A stretch of DNA of 64,000 nt from Propionibacteriales bacterium (GCA_038254365.1 JBBSGI010000009.1:1227-65226); one strand, 5' to 3'. Shown: positions 11,007-21,294, numbered from the stretch's first letter. A program made the numbers and translations. The notes: generated by a model from the sequence alone, not told the origin.

Positions 11007-11954
11007 GTGCGACAGGACCAAAATGCCAAGACACTCCTCACGCCGTCGGCCGCTAAAAGGGCTCCCGCGCCTTCACCGGCGCTGGTGGCGCTCGCCCTGG
11101 CGATCGTGTATGTCGTGTGGGGCTCGACGTACCTCGCCATCCGGATCGTCGTCCGGGACCTGCCCACGTTGGCATCGGCCAGTTGGCGGTTCCTGCTCGG
11201 CGCAGTAGTTCTGGGGGTGATCCTGATTGCCCGTGGAGGCTGGCGGCGGGTGTTGGCGACTCGGCGTGAGCTGGCCGGCTGCGCCGTCCTCGGCTTGCTG
11301 CTGCCGGCCCTCGGTAATGGGCTTGTCTCCGTCGGCGAGAACAACGGAGCGCCGTCTGGAATCGCCGCCCTGATCGTCGCCGCCGTCCCCTTGTGGATCA
11401 TCGTCTACCGGGTGGTGATCGGCGACCTGCCCGGGCGCCGGACGGTGCTTGGTGTCCTGCTGGGCTTCACTGGCCTGCTGGGTCTGGTCACCGCGAGCGG
11501 CATCGGCGGCAACCTGACCGTGCTCCCATGCCTGGTCATCGGCGTGGCCAGCGTCTGCTGGTCGTTCGGCTCCTGGTTGATGGCCCGCCTCACCCTGCCC
11601 GCCGACCCGTTCGTGACGGCCGTCTACGAGATGCTGTTCGGTGCGCTCTTCCTGGCGCTCATCGCGCTGTTGTCCGGCGAGAGTCTGGTGCCGCGCGGCG
11701 GCTCGGCCGAGTCGTGGCTCGCATGGGGTTACCTGGTCGGCTTCGGCTCGGTGGTCGCATTCACGGCCTACGTCTGGGTGCTGAACGCCGCGCCGATTTC
11801 GCTGGTGGCGACCTATGCGTATGTGAACCCCGTGGTGGCGGTCTTCCTCGGTTGGCTGGTGTTGTCGGAACCGGTCACGCTGACGATTCTGCTGGGTGGC
11901 GCAGTGGCGATCGCTGGGGTCGCGATCGTGGTGGCCTCCGAGCGGAGGGGCTAG
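11007..11954 (+). CDS. EamA/DMT-family transporter
   Basis: 10-TMS-like profile with duplicated EamA halves (VWGSTYLAIR; AYVWVLN...). The start is uncertain: ORF 10917 would overlap the divergent MFS start, and GTG 11007 is the next candidate. Confidence 0.75.
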   Translation: MRQDQNAKTLLTPSAAKRAPAPSPALVALALAIVYVVWGSTYLAIRIVVRDLPTLASASWRFLLGAVVLGVILIARGGWRRVLATRRELAGCAVLGLLLPALGNGLVSVGENNGAPSGIAALIVAAVPLWIIVYRVVIGDLPGRRTVLGVLLGFTGLLGLVTASGIGGNLTVLPCLVIGVASVCWSFGSWLMARLTLPADPFVTAVYEMLFGALFLALIALLSGESLVPRGGSAESWLAWGYLVGFGSVVAFTAYVWVLNAAPISLVATYAYVNPVVAVFLGWLVLSEPVTLTILLGGAVAIAGVAIVVASERRG

Positions 11955-13825
11955 GCCAAGGACGCCAGCCAGGCGTCGTGCAGGTCGGAGAAGCGGCCGG
12001 CGTGGGCGTCGATGAGCTGTTGCGGAGCACCGTCCTCGACGATCTCCCCATGCTCCATCACCAGCACCCGGTCGGCGATCTCCACCGTGGACAGCCGGTG
12101 GGCGATGATGATCGCCGTCCGCCGGGCCAAGATCGTCCGGAGTGCCCGCTGGACCAGCCGCTCCGACGGTACGTCGAGGCTCGAGGTGGCCTCGTCCAGG
12201 ATCAGCACCGCGGGGTCGGCCAGGAATGCCCGGGCGAAGGCAACCAGCTGGCGCTGACCGGCGGACAGCCGTCCACCGCGGTTGGCGACGTCGGTGTCGT
12301 AGCCGTCCGGCAGCGCGATGATGAAGTCGTGGGCCCCGATGGCCTTGGCCGCCTCGACGATCTCGTCGCGGCTGGCCTCCGGCCTCCCGAACAAGATGTT
12401 GTCCGCGACCGACCCGTTGAAGAGATAGTTCTCCTGGGTCACCATCACGACGGCCCGGCGGAGGTCGTCCTCCGACAACCGCCGGAGGTCGACCCCGTCC
12501 AGCCTCAGCTCGCCCTCGTCGGGGTCGTAGAAGCGGGCGACCATCTTGGCCAGCGTGGTCTTGCCGGCCCCGGTGGTGCCGACCACGGCGATCGTCTGGC
12601 CGGCGGGGATGTCGAGCGTCAGCCCCGGCAGGACTGGCCGGCCCTCCACGTAGGAGAACCGGACGCCCTGCAGGCTCAAGTCGCCACGCGGATCCGGCAG
12701 GGAAACGGGCTGAGCCGGCTCGGGGACCGAAGGCTCCTCCTCGAGCACCCCGGACAGTTTCTCGAGGGCGGCCGAGGCGGACTGGAACGTGTTGTAGAAC
12801 TGCGAGACGTCCTGCATAGGCTCGAAGAACTGCCGAAGGTAGAGCAGGAACGCGGCCAGCACGCCCACCGTGATGTCGCCGTTGAAGGCCCGGTGCGCGC
12901 CATAGATCAAGACGATTCCCAGGGTCAGGTTGCCGATGATCTTGATTCCCGGCATGAATACGCCGACCAACCGGAACGCCCGCTCGTTCGCCGCCCGGTA
13001 GTCGTCGTTGACGCTGGCGAAGATCTCCTGGTTGCGGTCCTGTCGGCGGAACGCCTGCACTGCCCGCATGCCGTTGACGGTTTCGACGAAGTGCACGATG
13101 ACCACCGCGACGGTCTCGCGGGTACGGCGATAGGCCAGCGCCGACTGCCTGCGGAACCACGTGGTGAGCCACCACAGGAACGGGAAGCACAGCAGCGCGA
13201 CCAGGCCAAGCTTCAGGTCGAGCAACAGCAGGATGACGGCGGTGCCGACCAGGGTCAGCACAGCGGTGATCAAGCCGTCGAATCCGGTCTCGAGCAGCTC
13301 GTAGATCGCATCGACGTCCGACGTCTGGCGGGAGATCACCCGACCTGAGGTGTACTCGTCGTGGAATGCGGGTGACAGCTGCTGGAAGTGCCTGAAGATG
13401 CGGCGCCGTAGGTCCAGCAGAACGTCCTGGCCGATCCGGCCGGACATGAAGAGGAACAGCTGCCGGGTGATCGCCTGTGCCACCACCATCAGCAGCAGAA
13501 TGGCCACGATCACGACAAGCTCTCGGCTGCCGTCGCCGGCGAGGAGCGGCGGGATGCCGAGGTCGATGCCCTCCTTGACCAGGTAGGGGACCGACAACCG
13601 GGCGGCGTTCTCTATGAGGACGACGACCATCAACCAGATCAGGGCCTTCTTATGCGGCCGCAGCAGGGAGCCGAGCAACCGGCGCGAGCGCGCCTTCAAC
13701 AGGAGCGACAGCCGATCCGGGATCTCCTCCTCCCGCTCGGCGGCGATACCGCGCCACTCGGCCTCGTCGAGCCGGCGCTGTTCCGCCTGGTGCTGCTCGC
13801 CGGCCGTCTGTGGGGTGGTCGTCAT
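11951..13825 (-). CDS. ABC exporter, fused permease/ATPase half-transporter
   Basis: N-terminal 6-TMS domain, Walker A GTTGAGKTT, signature LSAGQRQ and Walker B ILDEATS. Confidence 0.9.
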   Translation of the reverse strand: MTTTPQTAGEQHQAEQRRLDEAEWRGIAAEREEEIPDRLSLLLKARSRRLLGSLLRPHKKALIWLMVVVLIENAARLSVPYLVKEGIDLGIPPLLAGDGSRELVVIVAILLLMVVAQAITRQLFLFMSGRIGQDVLLDLRRRIFRHFQQLSPAFHDEYTSGRVISRQTSDVDAIYELLETGFDGLITAVLTLVGTAVILLLLDLKLGLVALLCFPFLWWLTTWFRRQSALAYRRTRETVAVVIVHFVETVNGMRAVQAFRRQDRNQEIFASVNDDYRAANERAFRLVGVFMPGIKIIGNLTLGIVLIYGAHRAFNGDITVGVLAAFLLYLRQFFEPMQDVSQFYNTFQSASAALEKLSGVLEEEPSVPEPAQPVSLPDPRGDLSLQGVRFSYVEGRPVLPGLTLDIPAGQTIAVVGTTGAGKTTLAKMVARFYDPDEGELRLDGVDLRRLSEDDLRRAVVMVTQENYLFNGSVADNILFGRPEASRDEIVEAAKAIGAHDFIIALPDGYDTDVANRGGRLSAGQRQLVAFARAFLADPAVLILDEATSSLDVPSERLVQRALRTILARRTAIIIAHRLSTVEIADRVLVMEHGEIVEDGAPQQLIDAHAGRFSDLHDAWLASLA

Positions 13826-15648
13826 CGCTGCATCGCCCCTTCGCGATGGGTCTCCAGGTCGGCTTCGGTGTCGGCATCTGCGGCGAGCAGCTCGCGGTAC
13901 TGCGGAACGGTCGCCAACAGATCATGGTGTTTGCCGACATGGGTGATGGTGCGCCCGGACAGCAGGGCCACCCGGTCGGCGAGCATCACGGTGGACGCTC
14001 GGTGGGCCACCACGATCGACGTGGTGTCGGCGAGGACCCTGCGGAGGGCCCGCTCGACGAGGGCCTCGGTGTGCACGTCGAGCGCGGACAGGGTGTCGTC
14101 CAGAACCAGGATGTTGGGTCGGGCTAGGACGGCCCGCGCCAACGCCAACCGCTGACGTTGGCCGCCCGACAAGGACATCCCCTGCTCGCCGATCCGGGTG
14201 TCCAGCCCCCAGGGCAGCTCGTAGACGAAACCGGCCTGGGCCGTCTCGATGGCATCGCGGATGTCCTCGTCGCTCGCGTCGGGCCGCCCGAGCGCGACGT
14301 TTTCCCGGACGCTCATCGAGAACAACGTCGCGTCCTCGAAAGCGGTGGCCACGATGCGTCGCAGGTTGGCCAGCGTGAGCTCCCTGGTGTCGACGCCGTC
14401 GATGGTCACCCGCCCGGCGGTGGCGTCGTACAGGCGGGGCACCAGCGCGGTGATCGACGTCTTCCCGGAACCGGTGGCACCGACGATCGCGACCGTCTCG
14501 CCCGGCGCCACGTCGAGGTTCACGTCCTCAAGCACGAGCTCGTCGGAGTCGGGATAGCTGAAGTCGACGTGCTCGAACCGCAGGTGCCCCGACACCTGGT
14601 CCAGCTCGACGTCCCCCCCGACGATCGTCGACTTCGTGTCGAAGATCTCCAGTACGCGCTCGGATGCGGTCATCGCCTCCTGGGCCATCGCGAGGATGAC
14701 GCCGAGCGACTCGATGGGCCAGACCAGCTGCAGCATCAGCGAGATGAACGCGACGAGCGTGCCGAGCGTGAGACGGTGGTCACCGACCCCGAGCGCACCC
14801 AAGAGAAGCACGATGACCAGCGAGATATTGGGGATGACCTCGAGAAACGTCCAGAAGCGGGCGGAGAGCCGGACCTTCTCCATCGAATCCTCGTAGAGGC
14901 TCTGCGTCTTGTCATGGAAGTTCGCCTGGCTGTAACGACGCCGGCCAAACGACTTGACTACCCGGTACCCGACGGCCGCCTCTTCGACCGAGGTGGCTAC
15001 GTCCCCCTGCTGGTCCTGGACCCGACGGGACACGAGGACGTAGCGTGACTCGAAGCGCATGCTCAGGTAGATGATGGGCAGGGCGGACAACGCGACCACC
15101 AGACCCAGCGGCCAGAACAGCTTGAGCAGGACGAGTGTGACCACAGTGAGCTGGATGATGTTGATCACCAGGAACAGCAGGCCAAAGCCCATGAAGCGCC
15201 GGAGGGAGCTGAGGTCTATGGTGATGCGGGAGAGCAGCTGACCGCTCTGATAGCGACTGTGGAACTCCATCGGGAGTTCCTGCATGTGCTCGTAAAGGTC
15301 GTTTCGGACCGCCGTCTCGAACCCCAGGACGGCCCGGGCCTGCACCCAGCGCCGGATCAGGATCAAGCCGGCCTCGGCGAGCCCCAGCGCAAGGGCGAGC
15401 AGTCCCAGCGGGAGGATCGGGCCGACCTCGTGGTCGCTGATCGGCCCGTCGATCATCGCCTTCGTCACCAGCGGGATGGAGAGGCCGACGAAGACACCGA
15501 GGAGGGCCGTCCCGCCCATGATGGCGAGGGAGCGGTAGTAGGGACGCAAGTAGCTGCGAAGCCGCCACAGCGAGTGGATTCCGGCTGGGCGGCGGGTCGA
15601 ATTGGGGTCTTGGACGGTTCCGGGAACGGCATCGGTCGTCAAGGACAT
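13822..15648 (-). CDS. ABC exporter, fused permease/ATPase half-transporter (partner of previous)
   Basis: Walker A GATGSGKTS, signature LSGGQRQ and Walker B VLDDTLS. A 4-nt overlap with the downstream half-transporter suggests a heterodimer. Confidence 0.9.
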   Translation of the reverse strand: MSLTTDAVPGTVQDPNSTRRPAGIHSLWRLRSYLRPYYRSLAIMGGTALLGVFVGLSIPLVTKAMIDGPISDHEVGPILPLGLLALALGLAEAGLILIRRWVQARAVLGFETAVRNDLYEHMQELPMEFHSRYQSGQLLSRITIDLSSLRRFMGFGLLFLVINIIQLTVVTLVLLKLFWPLGLVVALSALPIIYLSMRFESRYVLVSRRVQDQQGDVATSVEEAAVGYRVVKSFGRRRYSQANFHDKTQSLYEDSMEKVRLSARFWTFLEVIPNISLVIVLLLGALGVGDHRLTLGTLVAFISLMLQLVWPIESLGVILAMAQEAMTASERVLEIFDTKSTIVGGDVELDQVSGHLRFEHVDFSYPDSDELVLEDVNLDVAPGETVAIVGATGSGKTSITALVPRLYDATAGRVTIDGVDTRELTLANLRRIVATAFEDATLFSMSVRENVALGRPDASDEDIRDAIETAQAGFVYELPWGLDTRIGEQGMSLSGGQRQRLALARAVLARPNILVLDDTLSALDVHTEALVERALRRVLADTTSIVVAHRASTVMLADRVALLSGRTITHVGKHHDLLATVPQYRELLAADADTEADLETHREGAMQR

Positions 15649-15859
15649 CGTCGGGCGTTGGCCTCCTTGGCTGCGGCGACGGGTAGGGCGGGGTGTTGTG
15701 TAAGCATCACTCTACTTGATGCCTCTGACAGTCGCGACGGGGTTTTTCGATTGTTACCGGGGCTCACGATGTGGTACCACAGGAGATAGGGGTCTTCGAG
15801 CCCGGGCGCCTGGCGCCGGGGCCGGGGTATCGGGTCGGACGGCGGATGACGGAGGCGAG

Positions 15860-16084
15860 ATGGCAGACCAGAAGGACGTCGAGGCGACGACGGGCGACGA
15901 CGCTGCGCACGCCGGTTCTGCCACCGATGCGGAGGAGACCCGGCGCAAGTTCCGCGAAGCACTGGAGCGCAAGCAGCAACGACACCACGCCACCGCAGAG
16001 GCGGCCGCGCGGGACGGCTCCGAGAAGTCACACGGCGCACCAGGCCCGACGAAGGGCCGCACGTTCCGCCGCAAGAGCGTATGA
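15860..16084 (+). CDS. DUF5302-like small protein
   Basis: MADQKDVE...ETRRKFREALERKQ...HGAPG...RTFRRKS. ATG 15860 is preceded by GGAGG. Confidence 0.6.
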   Translation: MADQKDVEATTGDDAAHAGSATDAEETRRKFREALERKQQRHHATAEAAARDGSEKSHGAPGPTKGRTFRRKSV

Positions 16085-16094
16085 CGTCGCGCGC

Positions 16095-17177
16095 CTAGTG
16101 CTCGGCGCGCCAGGCCTTCGCTGCGCCCAGGAAGAGATCGTTCGCCTCGGGCTCTCCGACGGTGACCCGGACGCCGTCGCCGGCGAACGGCCGGACACTG
16201 ACCCCGACCTCCTCGCAGGTGGCGGCGAACGCCGTGCTGTGTTCTCCCAGGGCCAGCCAGACGAAGTTGCCCTGGGCGTCGGGTACTGCCCAGCCCTGGT
16301 CGGTGAGCCCGGCGTGCACCCGGCTGCGTTCGACGACCAGCGACCTCACCCGCTCGAAGAGGGCTGCCTCCACATCGAGTGAGGCGACGGCGGCCGCCTG
16401 GGCAATGGTGGAGACCCCGAACGGCAACGCGCACTTGCGGATGGCCTCGGCCACCGGCGCGGGGCCGAGTGCGTACCCGACGCGCAAACCGGCAAGCCCG
16501 TAGGCCTTGGAGAAGGTCCTGAGCACGACGACATTGTCCCGACCGGCCGCCACCTCGAGCGCGTCAGGCGTATCCGGGTCGGTCACGAACTCGCCGTATG
16601 CCTCGTCGATCGCGACCAGCACGTGACCAGGCACCGCGTCCAGGAACGCCTCGAGCTCCGCGCGGTGGACCGAAGGTCCGGTCGGGTTGTTCGGACTGCA
16701 GACCACTGCGACCTTGGTGCGATCCGTGACGGCGGCGAGCATCCCGGGGAGGTCGTGGCGGGCATCGGGCCGGAGCGGAACCTGGACGTCCGCGGCGCCG
16801 GTCAGGCCAACCGCGATCGGGTAAGCCTCGAAGGAACGCCAAGCGTAGATGACCTCGTCGCCCCCCGCACAGCTCGCCTGCAACAGGTGGTAGAGCACGG
16901 CGACCGACCCTGCCCCGGAGGCCACCCGCTCGACCTCGATGTCGTAGCGCTTCGCGATCGCCGCGTGCAGCGCCGAGACACCCATGTCGGGGTAGCGGTT
17001 CATGGTGCGGACCGCTTCGGTTGCGCGCTCGATGACACCGGGCAGGGGCGGATATGGGTTCTCGTTGCTCGAGAGCTTGTAGGACTGGGCCAGTCCGCCG
17101 CTCGGCGGCCGGCCGGCCCGGTACGCCGGAATCGTCTCGAGCGCCTTCCGGAACCGCGGTGTCGTCATGGCCTTCAC
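16095..17177 (-). CDS. histidinol-phosphate/aromatic aminotransferase family (class II PLP aminotransferase)
   Basis: KLSSNENPYPP motif, TFSKAYGLAGLRVGY PLP-lysine motif. 360 aa. Confidence 0.85.
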   Translation of the reverse strand: MKAMTTPRFRKALETIPAYRAGRPPSGGLAQSYKLSSNENPYPPLPGVIERATEAVRTMNRYPDMGVSALHAAIAKRYDIEVERVASGAGSVAVLYHLLQASCAGGDEVIYAWRSFEAYPIAVGLTGAADVQVPLRPDARHDLPGMLAAVTDRTKVAVVCSPNNPTGPSVHRAELEAFLDAVPGHVLVAIDEAYGEFVTDPDTPDALEVAAGRDNVVVLRTFSKAYGLAGLRVGYALGPAPVAEAIRKCALPFGVSTIAQAAAVASLDVEAALFERVRSLVVERSRVHAGLTDQGWAVPDAQGNFVWLALGEHSTAFAATCEEVGVSVRPFAGDGVRVTVGEPEANDLFLGAAKAWRAEH

Positions 17178-17255
17178 TGTAGACAGCGGCTGGCTGGCCG
17201 GGTGACGGTCTCAGCCGAAACCGCTCACCGGCTCGGGGCATCGTAGGGTCAACCA

Positions 17256-18212
17256 ATGGCAGCCGGTCGCGACGTCCGCCGCGGCTCTCTGCTCGTGGTG
17301 GTCGGGGCGGTGCTGTTCTCGATCAACGCCGGGGTCTCTCGCGTCATCCAGACCGCGGGCGTCGCCTCGACGACGCTCACGACGGTACGCTGCACCGGCA
17401 CGGCGCTCGTCCTGTCGACCGTCGTCCTGGCCCGGGGTGAGCGGCTGCGGTTGCCCCGCGGCGGTCGGGAGGTCGCCCGCGTCATCGGCTTCGGCATCAC
17501 CGGAGTGGCGCTGGTCCAATGGTTCTACTTCGTGGCGATCGACCGACTGCCCGTCGGGATCGCGCTGTTGCTGCAGTTCACCGCGCCGGTGCTGGTCGCG
17601 CTCTTCGTGTGGATCGGCTACCGCGAACCGGTCCGCAGCCGGATCTGGCTGGGGCTCGCTCTCTCACTCGGTGGCTTGGCGCTGGTGGCCGAGGTGTGGT
17701 CCGGACTCGTGCTCGACGGGCTTGGTGTGCTCGCCGGATTCGGTGCGGCGGCTGCGCTGGCGACCTACTTCCTCATCGGCGAACGGAGCGTCAGCGGGGC
17801 GTCGCCACTCCACGTGATCACGGAGGCGTTCATCGTGGCTGCGGCGTTCTGGAACCTGGTGTCGCCGCTCCCGCGCTTGTTCCACACCGACCTCACCACA
17901 CCGACCACCCTGGTCGGCAGCCTGGGTGGGGTGCAGCTGCCGATCTGGTTGCTGTTGTGCTGGCTGGTGCTGCTCGGGACCGTCGTACCCTTCATCGCCG
18001 AGCTGACCGCATTGCAGCTCCTCACGGCGACCGAGGTCGGCCTCGTCGGGATGTTGGAGCCGGTCGGCGCCACCGTCGTCGGATGGGCCTGGTTCCGGGA
18101 GACGCTTTCGGTCGTCCAGCTGCTGGGGATGGTCGCCATCCTGGCCGGCATCGCGGTGGCGCAGACCGCGCGGGTCACCCGCCGGTCTCCGGACGTCGTA
18201 CCCGGCGTCTGA
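17256..18212 (+). CDS. EamA/DMT-family transporter
   Basis: 318 aa with 10 predicted hydrophobic spans and duplicated EamA architecture. Confidence 0.75.
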   Translation: MAAGRDVRRGSLLVVVGAVLFSINAGVSRVIQTAGVASTTLTTVRCTGTALVLSTVVLARGERLRLPRGGREVARVIGFGITGVALVQWFYFVAIDRLPVGIALLLQFTAPVLVALFVWIGYREPVRSRIWLGLALSLGGLALVAEVWSGLVLDGLGVLAGFGAAAALATYFLIGERSVSGASPLHVITEAFIVAAAFWNLVSPLPRLFHTDLTTPTTLVGSLGGVQLPIWLLLCWLVLLGTVVPFIAELTALQLLTATEVGLVGMLEPVGATVVGWAWFRETLSVVQLLGMVAILAGIAVAQTARVTRRSPDVVPGV

Positions 18213-18260
18213 CCAGAGCTGCTGCTGGACGCGGCGTCCCGGCGGCTCCAGGGCGGGTGT

Positions 18261-18965
18261 TCAGGCGAGCTGCATCCGGCCACCAGGCACGTGGCGGAGG
18301 TCGCGTCCGACCAGGATGTCCAGGGGGTTCGTCAGGCACCGGACGGACCCGCCGCCCTTGTGGAACTCGGACACGTCGACGATCTCGACCTCGAGGCCGC
18401 GGCTCTCCAGCTGGGCGGCCACCCGGTCCGGACAGGCCGGCATCACCACGGTGTGTCCCACCACGACCGAGTTGGCACAGAAGGTGAGCGCCTCGGACTC
18501 GGTAAGCACGACGGGGTCCGGCACCAGTGCCAACAGCGCCTCGGCGCTTACCTCGTCGAACGCGTCAGGACAGACCAGGGCCGACGTAGTGTCGAGCGGG
18601 CAGAAGGCCAGGTCGAGGTGGTACATGCGCGGATGGGTCATCCGGAGGCCGCGGACTGCGATGCCGAAGTCGGCGGCCAGGTGCTTGAGGGCGAGCTCCT
18701 CCGTGCGGGGCCCGTAGCCCACCACGAGCTCGCCGGCGAACGGGAAGGCGTCTCCGGCTTCCAGATGCGCCCCGACGCCACCATGGCCGACGACCACCGG
18801 CGTAAAGCCGGCAGCGGCGAACCAGACCCGAGCGGTCTCCGTCTCCATGCGGCGCTCCGGGAACCGCATGTGGGACAACGCCACGCGCCCACCACTGGCG
18901 TCGGTGAGCGCCAGCCCGCGGTTCGAGTGCCGAACCGCGGAGTCGCGGTCAAGGAGCTGTCCCCC
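18261..18965 (-). pseudogene. amidinotransferase/DDAH-family gene lacking its 5' part
   Basis: The C-terminal two thirds are clear: MRFPERRMETE (compare PGAESRRGETE of DDAH), LEAGDAF, MYHLDLAF, and the catalytic GGGSVRCLT. The expected roughly 50-75 N-terminal residues are absent. Upstream codons are antisense to a clearly coding FCD domain. Confidence 0.5.
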
Positions 18966-19403
18966 CAGGACGTCTCCGACATCAGTCTGGCCCGAGTGTC
19001 GCTCGAGCTTTCCGGGGTGCGCCGATGGCCCGATGCCTCGCAGCTCGAGCGGGCGACGGTGCGATCCGCGGTCGACCGCTATGCCGCGCTGGCTCGTCGT
19101 ACCAAGGATTCGGGGGTTCTCACACAGGCCCACCTGCAGATCCACCGGGCGCTCGTCGCGCTGACCGGCAGTGCACGCCTGGTCGCAGCCGCGGACGCCT
19201 ACAGCGCCGAGCTGAGGCTGGGGCTAGCCCACCTGGATCGCATTCGAGCCAATATCGCCGAGCAGGTCGAGAGTCACCGCCGACTTCTCGACCTGCTGGA
19301 GGCCGACGACATCGAGGCGACGGTCGCCGAGCTGGCGCGACACCTCGCCGTCGCCGAAGGGTCGCTCCGCAGCGCCATCAGGCATGGGACGATCGAGCCA
19401 TGA
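18927..19403 (+). CDS. FCD domain protein (GntR/FadR-type C-terminal domain without the winged-helix DNA-binding domain)
   Basis: (R)VPNRGVAVKELSPQDVSDISLARVSLE is the last strand of a GntR wHTH plus linker, and a full FCD domain follows (HLQIHRALVALTG...HRRLLDLLE). No frame upstream encodes the roughly 60-aa HTH, because that DNA encodes the amidinotransferase on the other strand. Confidence 0.55.
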   Translation: MPNRGVAVKELSPQDVSDISLARVSLELSGVRRWPDASQLERATVRSAVDRYAALARRTKDSGVLTQAHLQIHRALVALTGSARLVAAADAYSAELRLGLAHLDRIRANIAEQVESHRRLLDLLEADDIEATVAELARHLAVAEGSLRSAIRHGTIEP

Positions 19404-19810
19404 AGGCCTGGGTCGTCCGCGTCGTCATCAACGCCTGCGCTCTCGCGATCGCCGCCTGGTTGTTCACGGGCATCATGGTCAACGGCGCGTCCAGCCAGGA
19501 CCGGCTGCTGACTCTGCTGCTGGTGGCGCTTCTCTTCGGTGTGGTCAACGAGTTCGTCCGCCCAGTCGTGGCGCTACTGTCGCTCCCCCTCTATCTGCTG
19601 ACGCTGGGCCTGTTCTACTTCGTCGTCAACGCGTTGATGCTCTGGCTGACCAGCTGGCTCGCGGACGTCGTCGGCCTCGGGTTCCGGGTACGAGGCTTCT
19701 GGACCGCGATCTTCGGGGCCATCGTCATCTCGCTCGTGTGTTGGATCATGGGGATGATCCTGCCGGCTCAGAGGACCCCAGCCTGGCGTAGAGCCATCAG
19801 TTGGCGCTGA
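19400..19810 (+). CDS. phage holin family protein (superfamily IV, 4-TMS membrane protein)
   Basis: MKAWVVRVVINACALAIAAWL...VVNEFVRPVV...YFVVNALMLWLTSWL. ATG 19400 overlaps the upstream stop as ATGA. Confidence 0.7.
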   Translation: MKAWVVRVVINACALAIAAWLFTGIMVNGASSQDRLLTLLLVALLFGVVNEFVRPVVALLSLPLYLLTLGLFYFVVNALMLWLTSWLADVVGLGFRVRGFWTAIFGAIVISLVCWIMGMILPAQRTPAWRRAISWR

Positions 19811-20331
19811 CCACGGTGAGAACCCGGCTTCCGCCGCCGCGGGTATCCGACGGCTCGACGTACTCGATCGCCCTCGTCTGCCTCGGGAACATCTGCCGCT
19901 CACCCATCGCGCACATCGTGCTCGAGCGGAAGCTGGTGGGCGCCGCGACGGGTCGGCGGGTCGTCGTGGAGAGCTCGGGCACCGGAGACTGGCACGTCGG
20001 CGAACCGATGGACCGCAGGGCGGCGTCGACCCTGACGACGGCCGGGTACGACCCGTCGATGCACCGCGCCCGCCAGGTTGACGACGCCATCTTCGCGCGC
20101 AACGACGCGATCCTGGTGATGGACGATACGAACCTCAGCGACCTGCGGGCGCTCGCCCCGAACGCGGCCGACCACGACCGGGTGCTCCTGTTCCGTGCGT
20201 TCGACCCGACCGCCGGCGAGGATCTGAACGTCCCCGACCCTTGGTACGGCGGGCAGGGAGGTTTCGACGAGGTGCTGAAGATCGTGGAGCGAGCCACTAC
20301 CGCGCTGGTCGACGCCCTCGAACAGGGTTAG
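19801..20331 (+). CDS. ptpA: low-molecular-weight protein-tyrosine phosphatase
   Basis: P-loop VCLGNICRSP (CX5R-S) and the DP motif (NVPDPWYG). Confidence 0.85.
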   Translation: MALTTVRTRLPPPRVSDGSTYSIALVCLGNICRSPIAHIVLERKLVGAATGRRVVVESSGTGDWHVGEPMDRRAASTLTTAGYDPSMHRARQVDDAIFARNDAILVMDDTNLSDLRALAPNAADHDRVLLFRAFDPTAGEDLNVPDPWYGGQGGFDEVLKIVERATTALVDALEQG

Positions 20332-21252
20332 GTGGATTCACCCGCGGATGCGCCGTACCTTCGACACATGGCACGCATGGGCGGCATCGCCGGCCTGGTG
20401 GAGGCACTGCTCGGCACCGCCGTGGTCGCGACCACACCCGTCGCCGGTGGCGATGTGTGCAACGCCGCCCGGGTTCGGTTGAGCGACGGACGCAACGCCT
20501 TCGTGAAGACCAGACCTCACGCCCCTGCCGACTTTTTCGCGGTCGAAGCCGCGGGGCTGCGCTGGCTCGCCGAGGCCGAGGGTGGGGCCCGAGTGCCCGA
20601 CGTTCTCGCCGAGTCGGAGGACTGCTTGGTGCTCTCCTGGGTCGAGTCCGGCCGTCCGAGTGCCGACATCGTCGAGGGGTTCGCGCGCCGATTGGCGGTC
20701 ACGCACGCACACGGGCCTGCCGCCTTCGGTGCCGACCGCGCGGGTTACCTCGGGGTCGCTCCGTTGGCGAACACCGCTGCGGATACTTGGCCCGAGTTCT
20801 TCGCGACCCGGCGGGTGCTCCCCTACCTCCGGGTGGCCCGAGACCGCGGCGCGATCGGCACCGACGACGCGGCGACCGTGGATGAGGTGATCGCGAGGAT
20901 CGACGAGCTCGCGGGACCGGCGGAACCGCCGAGCCGAATCCACGGAGACCTCTGGAGTGCCAACGTGGTGTGGAGCGCGGACGGTCAAGGCGTGCTGGTC
21001 GACCCCGCCGCTCACGGAGGTCATCGCGAGACCGACCTGGCGATGCTGACGCTCTTCGGGGCACCGCACCTCGCACGGTTGGTGGATGCGTACCACGAGG
21101 CCCATCCGCTGAGCGAAGGCTGGCGCGACCGCGTGCCGCTGCACCAGCTGCATCCGCTGCTGGTGCACGCCGCCGTGTTCGGCGGCTCGTACGGAGCCCG
21201 CGCTGGCGACGCGGCTCGGACGCTGCTCTCGGCCGGCGAGGGAACCGCATGA
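20332..21252 (+). CDS. fructosamine kinase family protein
   Basis: Aminoglycoside-phosphotransferase-like motifs [12 protein letters not shown] and [15 protein letters not shown]. The start is uncertain (GTG 20332 or ATG 20368). Confidence 0.8.
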   Translation: MDSPADAPYLRHMARMGGIAGLVEALLGTAVVATTPVAGGDVCNAARVRLSDGRNAFVKTRPHAPADFFAVEAAGLRWLAEAEGGARVPDVLAESEDCLVLSWVESGRPSADIVEGFARRLAVTHAHGPAAFGADRAGYLGVAPLANTAADTWPEFFATRRVLPYLRVARDRGAIGTDDAATVDEVIARIDELAGPAEPPSRIHGDLWSANVVWSADGQGVLVDPAAHGGHRETDLAMLTLFGAPHLARLVDAYHEAHPLSEGWRDRVPLHQLHPLLVHAAVFGGSYGARAGDAARTLLSAGEGTA

Positions 21253-21277
21253 CCACCGGGCCGGGGCCGACGTCAGC

Positions 21278-21294
21278 TCTCAGGCGTGTCTCAG
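21278..21294 (+). promoter_or_regulatory. direct repeat TCTCAG-N5-TCTCAG upstream of mprA (MprA-box-like)
   Basis: TCTCAGgcgtgTCTCAG lies 24 nt upstream of ATG 21318, with 11-nt periodicity. A related pair is found in front of pepD. Confidence 0.45.

Noticed and set aside
11073-13348. Very long ORFs antisense to, or out of frame with, the ABC exporter genes (705 aa and 651 aa). Similar long ORFs occur at 21917-23656, 46931-48526, 50154-51239, 54413-55528, 5657-6454 and 61647-62939 (N-terminal part).
   Set aside because: Their Arg/Pro/Gly-rich, low-complexity translations are typical of shadow frames in 70% GC DNA. Each overlaps a gene with clear family motifs on the other strand or in another frame.
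15649-15859. Near-palindrome CCGGGCGCC-T-GGCGCCGGG and a locally AT-richer stretch between the ABC exporter and the DUF5302 gene, considered as an operator or riboswitch.
   Set aside because: The palindrome is imperfect with almost no loop, and no match to a known RNA motif is visible by eye. It may be an operator, but I cannot support a specific call.
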